Of a stretch of 64,000 nucleotides of DNA, positions 57,659 to 64,000 are shown one piece after another. The position numbers and the translations under genes were made by a program. The DNA is from an uncultured virus (IMG/VR IMGVR_UViG_3300009838_000017) (lineage: Duplodnaviria; Heunggongvirae; Uroviricota; Caudoviricetes), in IMG/VR virus record IMGVR_UViG_3300009838_000017, positions 62,001 to 126,000 of that record; one strand, 5' to 3'. Under the pieces are notes generated by a model, which worked only from the letters and a program-made list of their open reading frames with translations, ran no database searches and was not told where the DNA came from. Position 1 is the stretch's first letter, and every line of letters begins with the position of its first letter.

Positions 57659-58510
57659 TTACATTCTCAAAAATACTTCCAGCAGGTGGGAGGGGAGGAT
57701 CCGTGAGCCCACAGGTGGTGAACGTAGATAGGACCCATCACAGGTCCACTCGGGTTGACCCCCAGAAAGACCCTCCAAGTCATTTAGGAACACCACAGCA
57801 TTGCCCATCCCAGGCCATGCTCGCTCGTGCTTCCTGGAGGCAAGAACAACTCGAAGACCCTCAAGATCAGGTCCCAGAAGGACCCCTCGTAGGTGCCCGG
57901 ATCTGTACAGTACCTCCCAGGCTTCAACGGAGGGGGACATGGTTTCAGCAAGAACGAAGCTGTTAGACCCAATGTCCACTACTCGAACCTCAGGCAGAGG
58001 AGTCCCCAGGTTGGGGAGGTTCCCTTCCAGAAGGAACTCTCGAACCCATTGAGCACCCATTCCGATCCTCTCTCCACGCTCCCTCTTGGTCAGGTTGGAG
58101 GGGAAGAACTTGTCGAAGGTCCGGAGGAACCCAGCAAGGGCCGGTTCGATATGGGCAAGGAGTGGAGGCCCCCAACGATGGTAGAGGTCTACCCCGGCCA
58201 CCAACCCTGTAGCGGCTGGGACAAGGGCAAGCTCCCGGTGCAGGAAGAGAGCTATCGCCAGGAGGGTGTCAGGCCCACGAACCTCTTTGGTGGCAAAGAC
58301 GAGGGGTAGGGGTGTTCCCAGGAGAAGGTCCTCGTAGAACCGAGTGAGGGCTCCAGGGTCCTCAGGTCGGAACCCAGCACCATGGTGCTCGTAGACCCCA
58401 GGACCCAACTGCTCCCGAGTAGCTCCGGTCTCAAAGCACAGGGCTCCACTCACAATCGAGGGGAGCCCTGGGTCAACGAGAACTTGGAACTGAAGCTCCG
58501 ACACCTGCAT
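57659..58510 (-). CDS. Hypothetical protein, degenerate DHH-phosphoesterase-like, 283 aa
   Basis: VYEHHG, GPDTLLA and VAGVD resemble altered DHH-family motifs. Confidence 0.55.
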   Translation of the reverse strand: MQVSELQFQVLVDPGLPSIVSGALCFETGATREQLGPGVYEHHGAGFRPEDPGALTRFYEDLLLGTPLPLVFATKEVRGPDTLLAIALFLHRELALVPAATGLVAGVDLYHRWGPPLLAHIEPALAGFLRTFDKFFPSNLTKRERGERIGMGAQWVREFLLEGNLPNLGTPLPEVRVVDIGSNSFVLAETMSPSVEAWEVLYRSGHLRGVLLGPDLEGLRVVLASRKHERAWPGMGNAVVFLNDLEGLSGGQPEWTCDGSYLRSPPVGSRILPSHLLEVFLRM

Positions 58511-58532
58511 GGTCGGAGTCTACACCGACCGG

Positions 58533-61500
58533 CTACCGAGCGTAGTCGTACTCACAGGGGCAGGTCACCCCATCCTCGGATGCCTTGTCTCCACAACCGC
58601 CCTTGCAGCCGCCTTCACACTCGCCACCATCCTTGCAGCCGCCTTCGCAGTCACCCCCACAAGGTCCGGAGGTACCAATCGTCGGGTCCGTCAGAAGGTC
58701 CGACTCCACCAGGTCATCGAAGGCCGAAGGCTCCATACCATGGCTGAAGGCCAGGAAGGCCCTCTGGAAAAGACCTGACCTGATCGTGCTTGCGGTCCTG
58801 TCGTTTGGTCCTGCTTGGTCCTGACTTGGGTCAGCAAAGACAAGCTGCTCATCGTTCGGGGCGTCCCCTCGCTCTGCTTCAGCCTGGGCCTTCTCACCCA
58901 CCACTGGAATACACGCCTCAGCGATGAACCGGGACATAGGGGCAGGCTTCCCGAGGTAGTTCTTCTGGGGGGCCATGACCGTCACCGATTGTTCGCCTCG
59001 GGTGATGGCGACATAGGCTAGACGACGCTCTTCATCGAAAGCGGTCTCGTCCCCTGCTGCTTCCTTCTCGTCACTCCGGAAGTTGGGGAAGACCCCTCCC
59101 GCCATGCACACATAGCAGTGCTTAGCCTGGAGGCCCTTCCACCCGTGGACGGTGCCAACCAGAACAGCAGGCTCCTTCCAGTCTTCCTTGTCCTCTGGGT
59201 TCTTCTTCTGGGCCTTCTCGTTGGCCGCCTTCATCTTAGCGATGAACCCAAGGAGATTCTCTGGGTCCTTGAAGTTCTCAGCCATGATCATGAGAGGGCG
59301 AAGAGGTGCCATAGCCGCATTCCGGATGGCCTCCTCACCGGCTTCAGCACCGTCCTCCTCGATCACGTCATCCTCATCCACCAACTTCATCAGGGCGTCC
59401 TCGAAGGTTCCCTTCTGACCCTTGATGTTCAGGATGGCCCGGATGAGAGAGGGGGAGTCCATGCCCCCAACAGCGGAAACAGTCCGGATAGCGTTGGCAT
59501 ACTCAGCCACACGCTTGTTCATCCAGTCAGCCTTCCCGAAGTACACTGGGTTCCCACCTAGAATGTAGTCGAGGTAGCTCTGACCCCGAGCACTTCGAGA
59601 GAGGCCCGCACCGAACTGCTTGTCCAGCCCGAAGCCAGGGGTCATGTGGGCATCAAGAACGGCTTCGTTGACGGCTTCGTTGCTCCCGCCAACCACCAAC
59701 CGCATCCAGGCAGTCAGAGCCCGGACCAGTGGCTTTCCAAAGTACCCACCATCACCACGCTTGAGAAGGCGGTAGGGGATGCCCCGAACCAAGAGGGCCA
59801 GGGTGTAGGCGTCGTGCTCGGCATTGTTCCGGACCAGGATCCCGAAGTCCTTGGGGGAGTCCCCGGCATCACACGAGTCCTTGATCTCCTGAGCTACCTG
59901 GTCGGCTGCATCCTCATGGTCGGCTGCATCCCGAGTCCGGATAGCCCCCATGCCCTTGCGCTCCACGTCAGCGTCACAAGTCATCGGGATCTGACGATCC
60001 GCATTGTGGGCGATGAGCTTGTTGGCAGCATCGACGATGGCCTTCCCAGAGCGGAAGTTCATCGTCATGAGCTTGGTCTGGAAGCCCTCCTGCTTGGACA
60101 AATCCACGTAGTTCTTGGGCTTTGCGCCACGGAAGGCGTAGATGCTCTGCTTGTCATCCCCAATGAAGCCGAGAAGGTCTGCCTTCTCCCCAAGGATCTG
60201 GAACATCTCGAACTGGATCTGGTTGAGATCCTGAGCCTCATCAACCAGAACTGCCTTGAAACGACGCTGTTCGGCTGCCCGAGCTGCCGGGTCGTTCTTC
60301 AGGATGTCCAGAGCCACAACGAGCTGATCGGTGAAATCCATAGCCGGGGCCATCACCGGGTCGTTCTGCTTGAGCCATTCGTAGGCCCCATAGAGAGCCG
60401 CCAGAGGATGGTCATCACCCATCTCTGCCCGGACCTGCTCTACCGTCTGACCCGCATTCTTGAAGTTCTCGACGGCCAGCTTGGCCCTCTTCTCCCCCAT
60501 CGGCTTCTGGTCATCACCCACGATGGGCTTGCCAATGTTGAACCACTGACCACAGGGAGTGGTCCAGTAGGGACTGATCCGGTCGTCACTAGGGGCATCC
60601 GAGTCAGCGGCAACAACCGGAACCCCTGGGAGGGGGAGCTGAGCTTGGGACATAGCTGCCCGAACTGCGTTGACAGCCGGTACCTCTTCCTCAGCATACC
60701 GACGGCGGTACCCTCCACCCCCGTAGCCACCACCTCCACGACCCTCGAACTTGGGGATGACGGCCATCTGCTTTTCAGAGAGGGTCCGACCCCTTGCGAG
60801 CTGGTCATGGAAGGAGCGTAGGATCTCAATCGAACGCCACCCAGGGATGGCTTCGATCCGAGCCATCGTATCCTTGTTCTGCTCCAGAGCCTTCTCATGA
60901 GCCTTGGGGTCCAGAGGGACCTGCTTCATGGCAATCTTGAAGAGCTTGTCCGCTGCCTTGGTGTTCTTGACTGCCTGAGCCAGGCCAGGTCGGTTCTTCG
61001 TGATGATCTCACGAGCCATCGAGTGGGTGGTGCCAATCCTGGCCCCATGGATCCCTGCCCTCTCGGTCACACGAGCCTCAAGCTCAGTGGAGGCAGCCAC
61101 CGTGAAGGAGCAAGCCATGATCTGGCTCGGCATGTAGCCCTTCTCCTCAACGAGGTGGGCGATGGTGGCAACAAGGGTCTGGGTCTTGCCCGAACCTGCT
61201 CCAGCAGCGATGACCACCTTCCCCATCGAGCGCATCACGTCTTCCTGCTCGGGAGTCAGGCCAAACTTCTGAGCCGTCCTGGAAGGTGCCGCAAACTTGC
61301 TAGCTGCTGCTGACCCAACAATCTGAGGGTCGTCAGACTCCTCGACTGCCTCATTGAGGTCAGCAGCCAGGTCGAGCTTCCTGTCTTCCAGGGCTGCCCG
61401 AGTCGGGGAACCCACCGGCTCCACATTGATCTTCCGGTCAGCTTCCTTCATCTCCTCAGCAATCGCCTGAGCACCCTCGACCTGGGCAGAGATGGCTTCG

Positions 61501-62048
61501 ACCGTCGGGGCTGGGGCTCCCAAGAGTTCTGCACCCTTGCGGACCCACTTGAACATCGAGGAAAGACCTGAGCTGGTCGGAACAACCGCCAGCTTTTGCA
61601 TCCTGGTTTCGAGATCCGGCTCCTCACAGGCAGCCGCTACCTTGGCAGCATTGGCATAGGTCCGGCCGGGGAACACGTCCCGCATGAGGGTGGTCCGGCG
61701 CTTGATCCAGACCATGAACTCCTCGATGAACCGAGCCTTCTTGCTCGGGTCCACCTGCTCCATGAGTCGGTACTTCGCACTGACCGTTCCCGCATCAGGA
61801 CGCTCCATCAGTGAGTCGAGGTGCTTCTTGGCAGCCTCTTCAATGGAACTACGGTGCATCCTGTAGAGAGCCAGGCCCTTGTCGAGGAACTGCTGGTCGT
61901 CCCCACCGATGGTGTAGGCGTCGATTGCCAGCACCAGGACCATGAGGTCCAGCAGACGGCCTGGAGCGGTCTCCCGGTCGTCATTCTTGGGGGTACCGTC
62001 TGCCGCTGCAACGAGGAGCCGTTCGTCGATCTTCAAGGCCATGTCCAT
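58533..62048 (-). CDS. uvrD: UvrD/PcrA/Rep-like SF1A DNA helicase with N-terminal extension, internal insertion and Cys-rich tail, 1171 aa
   Basis: LTPEQ, AGAGSGKT, DEAQD, GDDKQSIYAFRGA, NFRS, ILVRNN, TVHGWKGLQ and EERRLAYVAITRG; symbol is family-level only. Confidence 0.93.
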   Translation of the reverse strand: MDMALKIDERLLVAAADGTPKNDDRETAPGRLLDLMVLVLAIDAYTIGGDDQQFLDKGLALYRMHRSSIEEAAKKHLDSLMERPDAGTVSAKYRLMEQVDPSKKARFIEEFMVWIKRRTTLMRDVFPGRTYANAAKVAAACEEPDLETRMQKLAVVPTSSGLSSMFKWVRKGAELLGAPAPTVEAISAQVEGAQAIAEEMKEADRKINVEPVGSPTRAALEDRKLDLAADLNEAVEESDDPQIVGSAAASKFAAPSRTAQKFGLTPEQEDVMRSMGKVVIAAGAGSGKTQTLVATIAHLVEEKGYMPSQIMACSFTVAASTELEARVTERAGIHGARIGTTHSMAREIITKNRPGLAQAVKNTKAADKLFKIAMKQVPLDPKAHEKALEQNKDTMARIEAIPGWRSIEILRSFHDQLARGRTLSEKQMAVIPKFEGRGGGGYGGGGYRRRYAEEEVPAVNAVRAAMSQAQLPLPGVPVVAADSDAPSDDRISPYWTTPCGQWFNIGKPIVGDDQKPMGEKRAKLAVENFKNAGQTVEQVRAEMGDDHPLAALYGAYEWLKQNDPVMAPAMDFTDQLVVALDILKNDPAARAAEQRRFKAVLVDEAQDLNQIQFEMFQILGEKADLLGFIGDDKQSIYAFRGAKPKNYVDLSKQEGFQTKLMTMNFRSGKAIVDAANKLIAHNADRQIPMTCDADVERKGMGAIRTRDAADHEDAADQVAQEIKDSCDAGDSPKDFGILVRNNAEHDAYTLALLVRGIPYRLLKRGDGGYFGKPLVRALTAWMRLVVGGSNEAVNEAVLDAHMTPGFGLDKQFGAGLSRSARGQSYLDYILGGNPVYFGKADWMNKRVAEYANAIRTVSAVGGMDSPSLIRAILNIKGQKGTFEDALMKLVDEDDVIEEDGAEAGEEAIRNAAMAPLRPLMIMAENFKDPENLLGFIAKMKAANEKAQKKNPEDKEDWKEPAVLVGTVHGWKGLQAKHCYVCMAGGVFPNFRSDEKEAAGDETAFDEERRLAYVAITRGEQSVTVMAPQKNYLGKPAPMSRFIAEACIPVVGEKAQAEAERGDAPNDEQLVFADPSQDQAGPNDRTASTIRSGLFQRAFLAFSHGMEPSAFDDLVESDLLTDPTIGTSGPCGGDCEGGCKDGGECEGGCKGGCGDKASEDGVTCPCEYDYAR

Positions 62049-62064
62049 CTCCAGGTATCTTCAG

Positions 62065-62089
62065 TGGGGGCTCATAGAAAGAACCCCCA
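62065..62089 (-). promoter_or_regulatory. Candidate late-promoter motif (GTTCTTTCTATGA, 62072..62084) inside an inverted repeat
   Basis: 23 nt upstream of the helicase ATG; flanked by TGGGGG/CCCCCA. Confidence 0.45.
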
Positions 62090-62104
62090 ACCAAAGAGCA
62101 TCAA

Positions 62105-62446
62105 TCATGCTGCATCCATCTTGCGTTCCCAGGCGACCTCTTCTGCCGCCCCGTAAGACGAATATGCCGGTGAACCGTACACCGGGTAGTGCGGGGTCCA
62201 CTTGGAGGAGCCCACAGGTGAACAACCGAGGACCAGGTGACGAGCCACCTTCTTCTCATGAACCTCAACGTCCTTCCTGTTGAAAGACGAGAAGTTCGAG
62301 CGGTATCGGTCCCCGAAGCTGTTCGTCAGGGTCACGTAGAAGCACTCCCGGATGACTTCCTCGCCGTCCTCATTGTAGCCCGTGGACACGAGGTCCGAGG
62401 TCAGGTCAACTTCCCAGTCCGTCTTGGAGTAGTTCGAGGTCGTCAT
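62105..62446 (-). CDS. Small hypothetical phage protein, 113 aa
   Basis: Start reassigned to ATG 62446 (MTTSNYSK); the track's TTG start falls in a promoter-like TTGAAA. Confidence 0.65.
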   Translation of the reverse strand: MTTSNYSKTDWEVDLTSDLVSTGYNEDGEEVIRECFYVTLTNSFGDRYRSNFSSFNRKDVEVHEKKVARHLVLGCSPVGSSKWTPHYPVYGSPAYSSYGAAEEVAWERKMDAA

Positions 62447-62487
62447 AGCTCTACAACGGACCAGGGGAGGTTCTTTCAACCAAGAGG

Positions 62488-63711
62488 TTACTTTTTCTTG
62501 AGAGTCTTGCCGTTGTACTCGATCAGCCCTTGCTTCTTCAGGGCTTCAGCAGCCGACTGGATGGCCGAAAAGTGAACCCCTCGAAAGGACGGGTGTCGGG
62601 TCATGTCGGTGAGCTGTACCTCATCTCCGCTCTTGAGGTACTCCATGATGGCTACCTGGGCCTTACCTCTTGGGGCGGCCTCCTTGTATCTGGCTGCCAC
62701 ACGAAGGGCAATCACGTCGTCCTGGCTTGCGTGCTTGACTGGGTTTCGGATTGCCACCTCGGCAAGGTCGAAGCTGTCCGGGATGTCCCAGCTCTGCCAG
62801 TTGGGCGAGATGTCGAAGTCCCTGGGGTTCACCTTCCGGTCCTTCAGGATGTCGAGCACCTCGGTCACAGCCTCCTCGACCTTCTTCAGTACCTTCTGAA
62901 GGTCACTCGGGTCGAAGGATGAGAGGTCCCGTATGTAGGACTCCAACCAAGAATGGGCATTCAGGTAGCGATCACAGACCTTATCCGGGATGGAGATGGC
63001 ATCTTCATAGGTCGGACCAAGGCCCGTCATCAGAAGGCCATTCAGTTGCCTCGACTTGGCGAAGAGGTCTTCCATCATCTTCTGGATAGCCACGCCACTC
63101 TCGTACCGGTCCTCAAGCTGGGAGAGCATGATCTCCCCAGGGTTGGAGAGCCCACGGTACTTACTGGCAATCCGAAGGGTGATCCCGTTCATCTCCTTAA
63201 TGACCCCCAGGACACTCTTCAGGGCCTTCTCGTCATCCTTGGAGGCGGGCTTCTTGAGTCCCTTCTCAGCATGGTCATGAACCAAGTCCAGGACCTCTGC
63301 GAAGTCATCCATAAGGAAAACCCGGAAGGGCTCCCGAATCCGGAAGGAAAACACGTACAGAGAGTGGTTTGCCATAGCCTGAACGGCCTGCTTCTTGGCC
63401 CGGTCGATGGTAGCGAGGTCCCTCAGAAGGGCTTCACGCCTCTTCTTCTCCTCCTCGTTCTGCTGCCGGACGAAGTCACCACGAGACTTCCCGTCCAAGA
63501 CTTCCTTGGCAACATTGACCTCCACCATCTTCCTTGGGTCCCCACCCCGATCAGGGTGGTTCTCCAGGGCCTTGCGCTTGTACGCCCTGGCTACTTCCGA
63601 AGGGGAAGGGCTTGACCCAGGTGGAAAGCCTAGGATTTCCTTGGCATCCTCCATTGACATAGAGAGGAGAAGCCTGGCGTGAAGCTCTCGGGCAGTCCGA
63701 TTGGTGTACAT
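62488..63711 (-). CDS. J-domain (DnaJ-type) protein with C-terminal winged-helix-like domain, 407 aa
   Basis: AKEILG...VARAYKRKALENHPDRGGD...MVEVNVAKEVL with intact HPD; start reassigned to ATG 63711 with GGAG RBS. Confidence 0.85.
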   Translation of the reverse strand: MYTNRTARELHARLLLSMSMEDAKEILGFPPGSSPSPSEVARAYKRKALENHPDRGGDPRKMVEVNVAKEVLDGKSRGDFVRQQNEEEKKRREALLRDLATIDRAKKQAVQAMANHSLYVFSFRIREPFRVFLMDDFAEVLDLVHDHAEKGLKKPASKDDEKALKSVLGVIKEMNGITLRIASKYRGLSNPGEIMLSQLEDRYESGVAIQKMMEDLFAKSRQLNGLLMTGLGPTYEDAISIPDKVCDRYLNAHSWLESYIRDLSSFDPSDLQKVLKKVEEAVTEVLDILKDRKVNPRDFDISPNWQSWDIPDSFDLAEVAIRNPVKHASQDDVIALRVAARYKEAAPRGKAQVAIMEYLKSGDEVQLTDMTRHPSFRGVHFSAIQSAAEALKKQGLIEYNGKTLKKK

Positions 63712-63726
63712 GTCACTTGCTCCGCT

Positions 63727-63739
63727 GCATAGAAGGATT
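63727..63739 (-). promoter_or_regulatory. Candidate late-promoter motif (AATCCTTCTATGC)
   Basis: Between the upstream stop and the RBS, 15 nt before ATG 63711. Confidence 0.45.
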
Positions 63740-64000
63740 CTAGCCCACATCGATCCGGAGTCGGTCAAACCTGACTGTGTAGGCTGTCCCAGAACCAGAC
63801 CTCTGAGCCCCTAGGCACACTGAGACTTTATCAGAGGCCAAAGCAGTGAGGATAGAGGCTGAGACCAAGTTGCTGGCGTAGTAGTCCCAAGGCAAGGCCA
63901 AACTCATCGATCCAAGTCCAGGCCAACCGTTCGCAGTGTATGCGCCGTAGTACACCTTGAAGTTCGCCATGTACAGGCTTGGAATGTCAAACACGATGAC
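63740..64000 (-). CDS. C-terminal part of a beta-rich protein starting outside the window
   Basis: Frame is open to the right edge; ends ...VRFDRLRIDVG, a lectin-like beta-sandwich terminus. Confidence 0.6.
   Translation of the reverse strand, partial: VIVFDIPSLYMANFKVYYGAYTANGWPGLGSMSLALPWDYYASNLVSASILTALASDKVSVCLGAQRSGSGTAYTVRFDRLRIDVG

Noticed and set aside
60540..60920. Intein in the helicase
   Set aside because: No C/S start, no HN/HQ terminus and no LAGLIDADG motifs in the insertion
1065..63682. Numerous plus-strand ORFs and short alternative-frame minus ORFs in the track
   Set aside because: They overlap long, well-formed minus-strand genes, lack recognisable motifs, and are the expected antisense shadows of GC-rich coding DNA
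1..64000. Alternative genetic code (stop-codon recoding)
   Set aside because: Genes are long and tightly packed under the standard code; TAG, TGA and TAA all occur as real stops followed by new starts

Overview
A single-strand (all minus) block of a large, GC-rich tailed phage genome, most likely a jumbo myophage. No host genes, integrase, tRNA, rRNA or CRISPR array were seen. In transcription order (right to left) it holds: a partial ORF, a J-domain protein, a small hypothetical, a much enlarged UvrD/PcrA-like helicase, a degenerate DHH-like protein and a modular 520-aa protein. These are followed by a contractile-tail module: tube, two probable assembly chaperones, tape measure, two tube-initiator-like proteins (one carrying a GH73-like muramidase domain), hub, spike, large baseplate proteins, and gp25-, J- and I-like wedge proteins. 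Last comes about 24 kb of fibre/appendage genes, including an unannotated >855-aa tailspike-like ORF that runs off the left edge. The most unusual observations are four. (i) A tandem array of five ~400-aa paralogs with a fixed scaffold, hypervariable Asn/Tyr/Gly-rich loops and blocks of identical DNA. (ii) Non-structural-looking proteins (helicase, J-domain protein, 520-aa protein) that share an upstream motif with structural genes and have [K/R]-x-A motifs at domain junctions, suggesting protease-processed cargo packaged in the virion. (iii) A structured 239-nt non-coding element with GGATGTAGATGTA repeats behind the tube gene. (iv) A candidate phage-specific late promoter motif. All product calls come from motif recognition and gene order by eye; no database search was run.
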